Shown piece by piece: positions 50,701 through 64,000 of a stretch of 64,000 nt of DNA (within the stretch, counting starts at the first letter, position 1; every line of letters starts with the position of its first letter). Source of the stretch: Selaginella moellendorffii (lineage: Eukaryota > Plantae > Lycopodiophyta); the NCBI RefSeq assembly GCF_000143415.4, contig NW_003314262.1, forward strand, positions 2,902,603 to 2,966,602, given 5' to 3'. Made by a program: the position numbers and the translations under genes. Below the pieces are notes generated by a model that was given only the letters and a program-made list of their open reading frames with translations, was not told where the DNA came from and did no database searches.

Positions 50701-53700
50701 TAAGGAAGTTGGATATACCCTTACGGGGGATAAGTTGCTTGTGTTGCGATATAGTAAGTCAATGTCATAAAAGGAAATACTCATTGTCAAGAAAGCCATC
50801 ATTGGGACACCTGAACACTCTAGAACACCAGAAGGTGGTGTTTGATGTCGCGAGGGCAATGGAGAAAGCCCAAGGGACTAAGTCCCTAGCGAATGATGGA
50901 TAGAAGGTGCTATCCAAATGTCCAAGGTTGCGGAGACAGGAGAGGACTGTCTACCCGAGTTGGACAAAGCCAAAAATGGAATTTTGGCAATGCTAGTGAT
51001 GGGCATGTAAAGGCCCATAAGCAACAATGTAATCCCAGTGTGTGGGATTATAAGGTGAGCATACCCGGATTAAGGAACCACTCCCTAGGCTATTGGGTAG
51101 GTTCATCCCTAAGAATACTTGCTAAAGCAAGATAGAAAGTGCAAAGCTATCCTCCTGGTCTAGAGGAGAATGACCAAAGGAAAGGTGTGAAGCCAAAAAG
51201 CAAGAAGTAAGGGGATAGAACCGAACCGTAGGAATCAAAGGGCATAACCAAGATGCTTTATTTCGTTAAAGTGGGATTTATTCAGTAAAGTGGGACATTA
51301 ATTAGCATGTGTCCACATGCCATTTCCTAGTACTTAATTAATATTTATTAATATTTCTATCAGTTTTTTAATTTATTTTTTTATATTTCACAATATTATA
51401 ACACAAAATCATATGAAAAGTTTTTAATTTATAAATTATAAAGTTAAAACTTCAATTTTTTATTGTTGTTATAAAAATGGCATGTGGCCACACACCATAA
51501 GTGGGATAATGAAAAATCCCACTTTAACGAAATAAAGCATCAAGGTTGGTTATGCCAGCTGGGAGTGGAAAATCAAGTGGGGGCTCAAGGGTGTTGCCGC
51601 TAGCAACCGTGATGCCATGGAGAGTCTAAAATATGGAATTGTCCATGTTAGACTATATGGCATTTGGAAGGCTTGCAAAAAGGGAGGCCTTAGCAAGCTG
51701 AGGGATAGAGTTCCTTCAAGGTTCCCAAAGACTATTCTAGGTAGCGTAGTACCTAGAAAGGCCAAGTGTAAATGGTTCATGGAACGCGCGAAATCAGAGT
51801 GGCACAGCAGAAGCGTGGTCTTGAAGCTTGCCATGAGGCAAGGTTATCAAGGTTAGGGAAGTAGTTCCCGAGTGTTCAAAGAGAGGGCTTTGAACGAAAG
51901 TCGATGGTCAAGGACTTTCACGCTTATGCAGGAACCATGTTACAATGGTCGGAGAACTTGCCAAGTGAGATTGGCACGTCGGGGGAACAAAGACCCTAGT
52001 TGAAGGTGATAACTTCAAAAAGGGTGGGCCATGGGGCCGAGCATGGAGGAGTCCATGCATGATCACAGACATGTCAAGTGAGAGGACTTGGCAGTGTGGA
52101 GGAACTAGGTTCCTAAGCTGTGATCTGTAGCGCGCTTTAAAAATAGGTTGGTGCACCGGCGTGGGGAGTCACGCCAGGCATCTAGTGTGATGCCGTCCGT
52201 AGATGCATATACGGAGGTTGGGTTCGAGTCCCGACCCTCTAGTGCTTGGGTTCGAGTCCCAAATCACTAGGGCGTGGTGATGGTTTGGAATATGAGGACA
52301 CTCATATTTCGGTGGTCATGGACTCTCAGTGGGGAGACTGGTTTGGGCACACCGCCAAGCGAGGGATGCCTCGGAGTCGTGATGCACGGTTAGATTGCTT
52401 AGTGTGAAAGCTCGGCATATCTAACTTGAACGCTTTGGTGCAAATGGCACCAAGGTCGTGGTGAGTGAGATGGGGACACCTAATCTCAGTTGCTATGAAC
52501 CCTTGGCCGTAAGGGCTAGCTTGGGTGCACCGCCAAGTGTGGGGGATGCCCCCGGGGTTATAGTCAACAACTTGGAGGTCTAGAAGACCAAGTACCTCTT
52601 GGCAACTCTGTTAAGGTGCCAAGGTGAGATCACTAGGTGATCTTATGGCCAGATAAGGACAAGGTCCTTGGTTGGCTAAGGAATGAAGTTCTTGGTTCAA
52701 AATGTTGAAATTAAACTGTTTAAGATGGTGTGGCTTGGTCGTGATGACCAAGTGGGAAGAGCACCTAAGGGAAATAAACTATGTCCGTCCGATGGCATAG
52801 TGAGTCCGAGGAAAGTAGTCTCTATAAAAGACCCATGGGAGGGTCACGAAGTTGGGCCATGGATAGAGCCCATAGCAGAATATGCTAAAGAGATATACTA
52901 GGGGTGAACATCCTCCGGACTTGGCAAAGAAGAGTCTTTGCTATGGAACCGAAAGGATACCTCAAAGATGGAGGTAGCGATCCGATGTTGCTGGGTGCAA
53001 CAATCAAGGATAGGAGCAAAGGACTAGTGGCCAAAGTTTGGGCCATGGAATTTAATGGAAGGGATCCAAATGGCAAAGTTAGCCAAGGAACACTAATGTG
53101 TTCGATGCTAACAGCTTGTGGGAAAGGAAGCGGACTTTCAAGGACGGATTCCTAAGTGCTCCAATTTGGCGAAGTAAAGGCTCCAAGTGAGGGAGCGGTA
53201 AGGTAGCCAAATGATAGGGCCATGGACAGCCCTAGCACAAAGTATGATAAATGGAACTTAGTGCCCAAGGTGGCACGAAATAGAAGAGAGGATGATGGTG
53301 CCCTCAAGTAATGAACTTCCTAGGATAGGGAAGTGGAGTTGCACAATCTGTGCAATGCAAGGTGTTGGAGACACCTAGAAAATTGACTTCCAAAAAGTCA
53401 AAAGAGTAAAAGTTCCAAGGTGCAAACATTCAATAGATGGAAATTAAGACTACTCGAGAAGGAGTAGTGGGATTGACTTAGAGAAGGGTCTCTAAGAAGT
53501 TTAGCGAGAACTAAACCAATAAAAGGGGAGAACCATTACATGTGGTCCAATCAGTCTCTAAGTTGGAGAGACTACGCTCCTTAAAGGATGGACAAGGCAT
53601 GGTGAGCCTTTGATGTCAAACCATAGACAAAGATTGGCTAGGTGCCAAGGATGGAAATGGTAACACGTGTGGGTGTTACTTTATGAAAGGGTTTACCGTT

Positions 53701-55526
53701 CGATGAGGACATCGAACTTCGTCTATGGGTGGTGGAGTTGTGAGACACAAAATCCCTAGGCCCCAAAGTGGAGCCAGAAGGGCGCCACATGGTAGTGGCC
53801 GAAGCGACAGCCAAACGAGCGTAACACGTTTGGACCAAAAGCTCCGACTTGAAAAGTCAAGAGCGGGAGTGAAACTCCCAACGAAGTGCTCGAGGAACGA
53901 GCACGAAGCGAGCAAAAGGCGAGGCTCCAAAAAGGGACCCAAAAGGACCAACACATGACACGTGGGAGTGTCCGAGATGGAGTCCGAAGTGGAGTCCGAG
54001 GTGGACCCGAGATGGACCCGAGTTGGAGTCCGAAGTGGAGTCCGAGATGGAGTCCGAGGTGGACCCAAGATGGACCCGAGCTGGAGTCCGAAGTGAAGTC
54101 CGAGGTGGACCCGAGATGGACCCGAGTTGGAGTCCGAAGTGGAGTCCGAGATGGAGTCCGAGGTGGACCCGAGATGGACCCGAGCTGGAGTCCGAAGTGG
54201 AGTCCGAGATGGACCCGAGAGGGAGTCTGAGATGGAGTCCGAGGTGGACCCGAGATGGACCCGAAATGGAGTCCGAGATGGAGTCCGAGATGGACCCGAG
54301 ATGGAGTCCGAGATGGAGTCCAAGATGGACCCGAGATGGACCCGAGATGGAGTCCGAGATGGAGTCCGAGATGGAGTCCGAGATGGAGTCCGAAGTCGAG
54401 ACCGAGACCGGGACCGAGGCCGAGGCCGAGACCGAGATCGGGACCGAGACCGAGACCGAGGCCGAGACCGAGCCCGAGCCCGAGCCCGAGTCCGAGTCCG
54501 AGTCCGAGTCCGAGTCTGAGTCCGAGTCCGAGTCCGAGTCCAGAGCCTGAGAGGGTGAAAGCCCAAAGCGTTCGTCTCCCAGACCCTAGGGGTTTGGTGA
54601 GCTCCAAAAGTATAGTAGGGGGAGGACTGCAGTGGAGCCAGTTTGGCCCAGGAAGGCCGGACCCAATGTTGGGTGATGAGATGCCCACTGGGAAGTCCAA
54701 GACTAGAGTGAACACGGACCGACAAGCGGGGTAGCTTGGTGAAGTGTTCAAGAGCCGGCTCTAGTTCCCCCGGGAGATCGACTGGCCGATGCTCCCAGTC
54801 CAAGTGTGGGTGGCACTACCTACTTGGATACCAGGTGTGGCTCAACGGAACCTCGCTCTAAGCCCATGGCTAGAGCACCTAAAGGCGAAAGGCGGGGAGA
54901 GTACCTAGGTGGCTCGCGTAAGGCCACGGTGTTCCGAAATGTTGTCCCAAAGGCCTAGACTGTGGAAAGGAAGAGGAGCAGTCCTTTGGGGTAGTGACCA
55001 AGGACACAGTCGTGTGGTGAGGAAGTCCCAGAGGACCATGGGACTTAGTGGTCGGGCCTGTGGGCCTCGATCCAGTGGCAGTGTTGGCAAACACGGCCAG
55101 GGGCAAAAAGGGACTTGGTAGGAATTGACAAAGGGACTTTGGGGAAGGCGATTCCCCAGGTCTGTGGGCATCCTAAGGATGCTAAGGAGTGGATCTAGGA
55201 TGACCACTCGTGGACCGATAGCCCAGTCTTGGAGAGACGGGATGGTGATGCAAGTGGTATTGGACCACTAGTGTAGCAAAGGTGAATGGGCATGGCCTTA
55301 GCGTAACGGGCCGAGATGTCAGTGGTACCTTTGGGTGTCGGTCTTGGGACCGGACACGTGGAGCACTTGGACCAGGTGCAAGTGTTGAGTGGCATGGATG
55401 CCATTCTTGGGGCTAGCAAGTCCCAAGTCCTGAATTGGACTTAAGGAGGTTGTGAGTGAGACTCCTCCAAGTGGTCGAAGGTGTGGTTAAGTGACTAAAG
55501 TAGAATGGAAAAATTAGTCGCTTACA
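47794..55526 (+). mobile_element. LTR retroelement family B, full-length, non-autonomous (no intact gag/pol), young
   Basis: LTRs 47794-49514 and 53739-55526 are near-identical outside the VNTR. Perfect TSD ACAAC, PBS TGGTATCGGAGC (49518-49529), PPT-like ATGGGTGGTGGAGT before the 3' LTR. Confidence 0.95.
51253..51540. mobile_element. 288-bp MITE of the Sola-like family
   Basis: 27-bp TIR ATGCTTTATTTCGTTAAAGTGGGATTT (2 differences from the master TIR, present at both ends). TSD CAAG (51249-51252 / 51541-51544). AT-rich interior with two 22-bp palindromes (51302-51323, 51477-51498). Confidence 0.95.
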
Positions 55527-58500
55527 ACAACTAACTCAAACTTGCCACCCAGTTCATTTGAACGTCAATACAGTTGCTAACTAGCAAATGCATGAATGCC
55601 AACAACATAGAGTTACAACCAAATCATCAACACTATCTTCATCAAGCCTAATGAAACTCAATATCAATCCTACGGAGAGACATCTTATTTCACCTGAATC
55701 CCAATACTAACGATGTCAATGATAGGGCATCACTTCAATGTTATCAACACCATAACAAAGCTAGAAGAAAGCAAGAGTGAATCACCACTCAAAGATTTCT
55801 AGCAACCAAGCTAACCAAAGTCGAAGACACCTTAGTCAGTATTCAAGACCAATCCTCCAACAATACTCAGTTACAGATAACACATCATCAAGGAGTGATT
55901 CACCATGTCCAAGACTCAATGAAATCCAACACTACGGACTAAATGTAACCAAATGATAGCAACAAAGGTAAAGTCGACATGCCAACATGAAAAACTCATG
56001 TAAGTCTAACGACACGATCCTCCGCAACACCACCAGGTAAAACAAACCCATCACTGCTAAATCATCACCGAGCAAAGCAAGTGTCAACAGTCCTTGACGA
56101 AGTCTACAAGTAATCACTAGTCGCAAAGCAACTAACAATCACTCCTCAACTTGCCTTCACAAGACCCAAACACCACCTTTTGTTATCAAGTTATATACTT
56201 TGTCCAACATGAACGTGATACCCCAGGCACGAGATAAAGGTTCATGGACAAGCACGAACTAAATGACTACTCGAATCCAACTCAACCGCAATAAGCTCAC
56301 TAATGCATTTAGCCAATAGCTCTGAGCATGCCTTGAAGAGGCTAGCTATGCGTAATCAACACTTAGTCGAAACTAAAGTGAAGACCACGAGATGGACTCA
56401 TATCGGTACACAACCTCCTTATAAACAAAGCTATAATATGGGTACTGACATTTCAACTTGCAAACAACTAAGTTGGACATCACCATCCTTAGCCAAGGCA
56501 CAAGGCCACCAAGACCAAGTCAAGATCAGTGAGAGTTTACTACTTTCATAGAGTCTTAACAAAATGCAAGGTGCAACCTACCACCGAGCATAATGCTACA
56601 AAAGAAAGGCACAAGGGTCACCTTTCTTAGAAAAGTGCAACAACCACTTTTCTACACCAACTCTGGACTCTATCTAACTCAATTGCTTTAGCCCCAAAAG
56701 TCAACATCCCTTTCGGGCCGCATCATACAAACTATTTACTAAGGTTTAAGCCAACCAAAGTCAACTCCAACCTCTTCACTAGTTTGTACTGGCTTACGAA
56801 AACGGAATGGTTTTCGAGCAAAGTGACCAACAGATCAGCCATTGGAAAAGTCTAAGAAAATTTGTGGAAAATTTTCCATCCTAGAGAAAGAATGACTCTC
56901 AGTCCAGGAATGCAAACTTTCAAGACTCAACCAACTTCCTCCTACTAACAACTTCACATAGGTTCACCTCAACACAAATTCTCATGACCCATAATATGCT
57001 TAAGCATCGAACATCTTTGCCCATCTAACCGATATCCAACACTGACATCCGCAATGTGCAAAATGAACATCCAAGGCTTGATCACGAAGACCACATCTTC
57101 GGATATTCACATTGCACTAACACTCTTCTTCAATCACCTTCAAGATCCAATGTGAAGCCAAAACACTAACAAGAAAAATGACATGAAAAATCAAGGTCCA
57201 AGGAAAATTCCTCATCACTTGAAATAACAATGCCATTTCCACTAACACAAGTGCTAGTGATGTTAATGCCCCAACTACACACCTTCTCCATCCAATAATC
57301 TACTCCAAATGCTAATGGATCAACCAATGAGCTATAACAAATGAATGCTATAACCCTTTTCCAACACCTTAGTGGGCAAACTTAAGAAAACAAGGTACCA
57401 ACTTAAGCTTAGCATAATGGACCACCATTGAGAATCTAGTCAAAGCTATTATAATGCTACTTCATGCAAGTAGACTAGCTTCACCATCAACGACTTTGGG
57501 GTTAATCATCATTTACCCAAGCAACTTCGTAAACACGTTCCTCATTATCACATGGATATGATATAAATCACAATGACTTGATCATCAATCAAGCAACACT
57601 ATGAGCAATGCCCATGTCACTATTGCAAAGGTTTATGTGAATATCAAGTGCCAACTCGATTCGACAAAATGCAACATAAATGCCACACCCCATCAAATAG
57701 AGATTTACAACACCTAACACCACTAACTTTTGTTCACAACACGGACAAGTTCATGCCACTCTCTTTCCGACCAAACTCAACACTAATCCAACACCAAGCT
57801 ACTCAAGGAGCAATAATAAAGTTCCCGGGAAAAGAATTGAGCATTGCAACCCAAGTCTTCCAATAGCAAGCCTAGACAAAATGGTATAACACTTCACCGC
57901 TATCCATCCCACAACTTACCATTGTAAGACCACCATCTCCAACATGCATCAGGATAGAGACTCTTGATTGCATGATGTGAACACAAGCAATGAGTTAACA
58001 CTTGCAAAACATCTCTCCAAGAAGAGAAAATGATTTACGTATTTGATCCTCCGTCCTCGATGACTCTCTTTTCGGTCTCATCTTTGACCAAACCTCAAGC
58101 TTGCTTTCGCACTGCCTTCAGTTCAATCCAAGAAAAGTTTATGAGAGAGCATGGCCATGACTACTTGAACTAATAGACTAATCCCTATAGACTTGATTGA
58201 TCCACTTATAATCATACCTAGAAAGGATCCACTAGTGCCGTGCTAAACAGCTACGGACCAGCCTATTTGCCACTCATAGCAAACCCAGGGAGGTTTGCTT
58301 TCACCCATGGTACAAGGAATAACTCATGGAACCACCGTTAGGCTATCATTAATCCTGCCAACTCAAAGTGCAATCTTGAGTTGCTAATGTGCCTCATTCA
58401 CGAGCCCAAGCGTAAACTTGTGCAACCGGAACAACTCAGATCCATCTTATGAGCCCAAGAGCATGCTCACATAATTACGGTACAAGAAGGTAACCAAATC

Positions 58501-60499
58501 CATACCCAAGGAACGATTGCGAAGTCTTTGCACCAAAACGTGTACCCACTTGGATCATCGTTTTCATCTCTGCGTATGCAACGAGACTAGTTGCCCAATC
58601 TCATTGAATAGTACTCGCTGAGACTCATTCTCTGATACCAAATGTAGCGCACGTGGTTTTGACCCTTTATCCTATGGTGATTTACCACAGGATAACACCA
58701 CGAAGCGGAACCTAAACCCTCTTTGTGCCATGTGACAGATGCCACGTGTCACATGCCACGTGTCCAAAGGACCGTGGTGTGGAACCCGAGGTTCAAGGCC
58801 TTGGGCCACTGAACGAAGGAATGGTGCCAAACTCCCAAGCATGGAGCCAAGGAGTGACGGAACCGAACCACGGAGCAACTCCCGAGCATACAGCCCAAGG
58901 AGCGAAGGGACAAGGGCCCGAGGTGACTTGGAACAGTCCTGGAGCAACCAGCATCCCTATGCCAGGACCAGCACGCAAAACGGAGCCAAACGGAGTCTGG
59001 CGCTATTTTGGCATACCGGTGGCCTAACTTGAGAGTATGGGTACTCCACCAGCTAGCATGGAATGGAACTTGGGCTTAGACCCAAGCCAGACACAGAACA
59101 AGGACAGGCACGCAAGCAGGAGCTAGACTATACCTCAGGTTGGTCAGCCATGCCCAACCTACCCACTATCCCTACTATACATTTGGAACCCCCCATATCC
59201 CCCCCCCCCCCCCTTGAGGAACACACGCTTTGGGCTTTCACCCCAAGCCTCCCTTAGTATCAAGAGTTAGTCTCTGGGACAAGCTCAAAACTTACTAAAT
59301 ATGGAATGTCCTTAGATTGCAAATTTCGACACGGGACGAACACCATTGTGTTCAAGACGATCTCTACATTCCGTAGATATGCCAAATGAGCAAATCTAGA
59401 CACTTTCCATAAATAGCATTTGGGACGAATTGAGACTAACACAAAGGGCATGATAGCGAGGGTGTTTGGCAGACACGGTAAGCTATCATCTAGCGATGTT
59501 GAGGGACCAATCTCAATATCGCGGGGGTTCTTGATACTAGCAAGTGCAAGCCAATGACAGGAGTTTCTCAAACCAGGCCGAGTATGCTCAGCAAGAAACA
59601 TATAGGGTTCCTACCTTATGTTTATCCGATCTAAGTACACGGTCATTGACCAGTTTCTCAACTAGCTCAAGTGGGAAACTAATAACAGGTCTAGCAATAC
59701 CGACCTCCTGCCATCGTGGCAGTAAGGAAAGAATATTCGAAAGGACTAGCCGACAGGTAACTTTCGATACCCGAAGTCACATTCGCGACAACAACTCAAT
59801 AATATAAGTTTCTTATCACCATGTTAAATATGCTTGATAAAATGCCAACTTAGAATTTCCTTCTTTAGTGCCCTTCCAATCTAAGTGCACATGTGATGAC
59901 CAATTTCTCAACTAACTTAGGCAAAGATTGATAAAGGATCCATAATACTAACTTCTTGCCATCGTGGCAGTAAAGAAAGAATATCCAAAAGGACTAGCCG
60001 ACAGATAACTTTTAATACCCATAATTACATTTGCAATACTCTCCCCCCCTTAGGGAAGATCAATATTTTCATCAATGCATACTCTAGTTTAGAACACTGC
60101 TAAGGAAACACCTCGCACTAACTTAAATTAATTAAACTAACCTCTCTGTTTAATGCAAATACACTACCCACTTAGACACCTTGCCATCACCGACAAGGAA
60201 ATGACCAATGGAGTTAACCACCTTTGTTGCTTTAGATGTCACTCAACTTACAAAAGATGATAACCCCTACCTGTAAGTGGCATAAAGAGAGGCCCCAACC
60301 CTCATAAGCAAAGAAATCAAACCTATCAGTAAGGTTTAGATAGACTATTATAAATAGGTAGCTAGAGTTGTTTACATAATCACACCTTTTTTTAATGAAA
60401 TAAAGAACATTGAAAAAGAGGTGTGTGATGTGACCAATCAACCATAGCTACCCCATGACTAAAGATTTCACCATGCACATGAAGACCAAGTAGACTGTA

Positions 60500-61930
60500 A
60501 AGTCCTTCAAGCCATAATGTGCAAAATAGGGATCCATAGAAATACATCAACTAGATAGCATCTGTGTACTACACAATGTTCAGCCGAGTCACCATCAATG
60601 CCACTCTAGGACAGTTGTTCAAACTTCAAAGATCCATGCACCAAGGCTACCCCCTCGCCCCTTACCTCTTCCTATTTATTACAGATGCCCTAGTGTATTA
60701 CCTCACACGACTTAGTGGTCTGATAGGGATGTCCCTCCCTGGCTGTTAGAACTCATTATAGGATATTCTCTTAGCAACCAACAAGGACTTTCTCTCCTTA
60801 GCCTTCACAGATGACATAGGGATAGTAGCAAAGGGATCACCAGTAAATCTATCATGTCTAAAGCAGGACTTTGACCTTTTCAATGAGGTAGTGGGCTTAA
60901 AAGTGAATTAGTCCAAATCGGTGGGGCTTTGGTTATCACAAGACCAACCATCCACATGGGGAACTAAACTAGGCTTCAAGTGGGTACACCTAGACAAGAC
61001 CACCTGATACCTCAGATTCTAAATAGGATATCACTATGTTTTTGAACCTCATAACTACAAGGCAATCACAAAATTATGGGACCAACTCAAGTTCTGGGCA
61101 AGCAGGAAACTGCCCTTCTCGACACACTGTATTGTAGCCAACAACATCCTCCTTGGTGCAATCTTGTTTCTCACGTCCTATTGGAACTTAAATCAAAGGA
61201 CAATCCAAGATATGAACCAACTGATCAAGATATATGTATGGAAAGGTTCCTCTTATGTCTCACGAGGAGGTGCCAAAGTGGATTAACAATTGGTCACACT
61301 GCCCAAGCACGAAGGAGGACTGAACATCATCAATATTGAGGAACAATGCAAGGCCTTTCTTTTCAAGATCTTCATGAGGATGCTCATGCTAGGAAACCAA
61401 CCTTGGAGGCTACTACTATGCCACCAATTCCTTAAGATCCTCCCAAATTGAAAAGAACACACACAACAAGATTGGGCACCAAACAAACAATGGATGTTCT
61501 TAGACACCAAACTCAAAATGCCAGATGCCAACACCTTCATGGGGAAGTTTTTCAAGATCAAATCCAAGCTACAATGCAAACAACTGCAGTCCAAAGAACA
61601 ATTGGACTGACAACCAATTTTCCTCAACAAGTGGTTCCAAGTCGTGGGAAATTGAAGATCGAGGCTTGGACCAAACCTACAGGGATCTACACAAAGCAAG
61701 CATGCGCACATTTGCAGAGGCTAATACCATGATCCAAAAGAATCAAACAGCCAAGAATTGCGACCGGATCAAAGCCTTCTATGGGCTAGACATCTCAAAA
61801 CATAGGATGTGAAAATTCCAAACTACCTTCCATAAAGCCCACTAGGCGTGCCTTGAGACACTATAGGTACCTGACACGTCAGATGATTGATGGTGGAAGC
61901 TAAATGACATTATCATTTATCATTTATCAT
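60500..61930 (+). pseudogene. LINE (L1-like) reverse transcriptase fragment, decayed
   Basis: QRSMHQGYPLAPYLF (RQGCPL motif), AFTDDI (FADD), GLKVN*SKS, with stops. Confidence 0.85.
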
Positions 61931-61934
61931 CCAA

Positions 61935-62173
61935 CTCGGACTCCGCCACATGTCATGTGTTGATCCCCTTGTGTCCCTTTTTTAGAGACTCACTTATTGT
62001 TTGCTTCGTGTTTGTTCCTTGAGCACTTCGTTAGGAGTTCCACTCCCACTCTCGACCTTTCAAGTTGGAGCTTTTAGTCCAAATGTGTTACGCTTGTTTG
62101 GTTTTTGCTTCAGCCACTACCACATGGCACCCTTCCGGCTCCACTTTGGGGCTTAGGGATTTTGTGTCTCACA
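61935..62173 (-). mobile_element. 5' fragment of LTR B, inverted
   Basis: Reverse complement of TGTGAGACACAAAATCCCTA... up to the start of the VNTR. Confidence 0.85.
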
Positions 62174-63234
62174 GGTTGAAGTGCATCTTGGCACTTTGGC
62201 TGGAGATCCAAAAACTTGAATCTCTTTCGACTTGGAATTTTGCAAATCCCATTGCTGTCCATCTTTGCCCACACCAGAAAGAAGAAAATCTGAGCATGCA
62301 ACTATACCGGTGTTGTTGCGAATCACAACCTCTAAAGAAATAGAGCCAAGACAAAGATCAAAATACTGACATAAAAAACTTTCAGAAACAATACTCTGAG
62401 AGAATGAAAGAGGTGGGTGATCTCAAAAATGAAGAAGAAACCTCTCCATCCTTCTCAATAGGTTTTGGAGTTCTCTCTCTTTATGCTACTTGTAAAAATC
62501 CATATTGAAACATAATTGAAATTTAAATATATCAATAATATGCAAAATGAATTTAAATTCTATAACACATTTAACATGTGCAAGTGTGACAATATTAATA
62601 TTACTATCATCTGTCTAATGCATGTATACACATAGATCCAAGGAAGGATTTTTAGCACGTGAAGTTTGATAGTCAATAATGATATCAATAATGACATTCT
62701 GCTATAGCGTGTTCGTAGTACAACTCAAGTTTTATCCATAATTGTGAACACTACTCAATGACATTTAAAGCATGTGTCTATTATTTAGGATCTAATACAA
62801 CACAAAATAAATTTCTGTATGAGGATTCATCCATTTATAGATGGATATAGTACAACATATTTTAACGTGCTTTATTTATACTCTTTAAAGTTCTTGTAAC
62901 TATTCCAAAATATGTACAAAATTTTGATGAGAATGCATCCTTTCTAGATACTTTGTAAAAAATAATATCATATCTCTAATAACAAAAATGTTAATAAATG
63001 CTAGTTATATCATCATTAAAATATACAAAATAAAGAACCATAATTCACATATAATAATAATGATAAGATAAAATAAGATCAAAGATATTGTGATGGGTTG
63101 AGATTTAGGTTATTCGAAATGAATGGCCATGGTTAGGGTTAGGGTAGCTGTGAGATTAGGGTTAGGGTAGCTGCCATACTATTTTCTCATGCTCTCTCTC
63201 TCTCTCACTCTTAATCTCAATTTGTGTTCTGTGC

Positions 63235-63395
63235 GCTCCACACTCAATCTCTCTATCTCTTACATGCTCAATTCCTCAATCTCTTGTGCACTCAATCACT
63301 CGATCTCTTGTGCGCTCAATCACTCGATCTCCTTTGTGCTCAATCCCTCAATCTCCTTCACACTCAATCCCTTGATCTCTTGCGTGCTCCACTCA
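63235..63395 (+). repeat. ~24-bp tandem repeat (CTCAATCACTCGATCTCTTGTGCG-like), about 6 degenerate units, downstream of TTAGGG-type motifs at ~63131-63167
   Basis: Directly visible periodicity. Confidence 0.75.
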
Positions 63396-64000
63396 CTGTG
63401 CAAATCCAGTAGAATCGAGAGATCCCACTAAGGGTGAGTTTCGATTTGATTGCTTCCACTTCCATGTTTTTTCTTCTTGCTTCTGTCACCTTCTGTCACT
63501 GGCCCAAACTTGACCTTGGGCACTTTGGCTGCCCGAGCCAAACTGTCTAAGGTGGCTAGCTCAAAAACGACCTTGGGCACTTTGGCCACTTGAGGGGCTG
63601 AGGTTATTTGAATAACCTCGACCTTTCAGGTGGCTAAAGTGCCTGAGATGGCCTGCCCAAGCTCGATCTTGGGCACTTTGGTGGCCTGAGGCACCAAGAT
63701 TGTTCAAATAACCTTAGCCCCTCGGGCAGCCAAAGTGCCCGAGGTGGCTAGCTTGAGTTCGACATCGGGCACTTTGGCTGCCCTGAGGTTATTCAAATAA
63801 CCTCGGCCCCTGCCAAGAGAGCTGAGGTTATTCAAATAACCTTAGCCCCTCTGGCCCCTAAAGTGCTCGAGGTTGAGTTTGGGCAAGCCACCTTGGGCAC
63901 TTTAGTGGCCCCCCAATATGTCTAGGGGCCTTGGCAGCCAAACTGTCCAAGGTGGAGTTTGGACCCATTTAATTTTTTTTTCTCTTTGATTGTTTGAATT

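Larger units (their letters stand above)
20153..59790 (-). mobile_element. LTR retroelement family A (no intact ORFs, LARD-like); host of both large DNA transposons and of LTR element B
   Basis: LTRs 20153-21299 and 58643-59790 (TG...CA, highly similar). PBS rc TCTGATACCA at 58631-58640, PPT rc CTCTCCCCCCCTA at 21300-21312, TSD GCAAC/ACAAC (1 mismatch). Removing the insertions restores collinearity with the old copies. It is inserted into an older minus-strand family-A LTR (20125-20152 plus 59791-~60480). Confidence 0.9.

Noticed and set aside
49515-53738. Assigning Copia or Gypsy to LTR families A and B
   Set aside because: I could not find convincing gag, RT or integrase motifs in either internal region by eye.
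47789-59795. Similar TSDs (RCAAC) for LTR elements A and B implying target-site specificity
   Set aside because: The solo LTR of family B has TSD CCATG and the host strand is CAA-rich, so this is likely chance.

Overview
Land-plant nuclear DNA, almost all nested transposable elements. Very short introns (38-66 nt) suggest a compact-intron lineage such as a lycophyte; this is inference only. The only host gene is a CYP71-clan cytochrome P450 at the left edge (minus strand, 3'-truncated) with an atypical I-helix. The centre holds two ~12-kb TIR DNA transposons inserted independently 137 bp apart in inverted orientation (22662-34700, TSD AAAT; 34838-47416, TSD TAAA; 24-bp TIR). A 288-bp MITE of the same family lies at 51253-51540 (TSD CAAG). 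Each large element has two divergent genes: a Sola-type DDD transposase, and a cargo gene that the ORF track splits into many pieces. By manual splicing the cargo gene is one 11-exon, ~1665-aa protein: ParB-like domain, degenerate N4/N6 DNA-methyltransferase-like domain, NLS-like and acidic tracts, and a C-terminal FCP1/NIF-type HAD phosphatase domain. The element carries many copies of a 22-bp palindrome ATGGCRTG-N6-CAYGCCAT, concentrated in tiny introns and leader introns and retained twice in the MITE. This suggests a ParB/parS-like or VANC-like self-recognition system. Around it are a minus-strand LTR element (20153-59790) hosting the insertions, a younger LTR element with VNTR-bearing LTRs (47794-55526) and its solo/partial LTRs, a 5S-rRNA-bearing Cassandra-type TRIM, a second TRIM, decayed LINE pieces and a decayed MULE-like SWIM transposase. 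All domain calls are by-eye motif recognition, not database searches.
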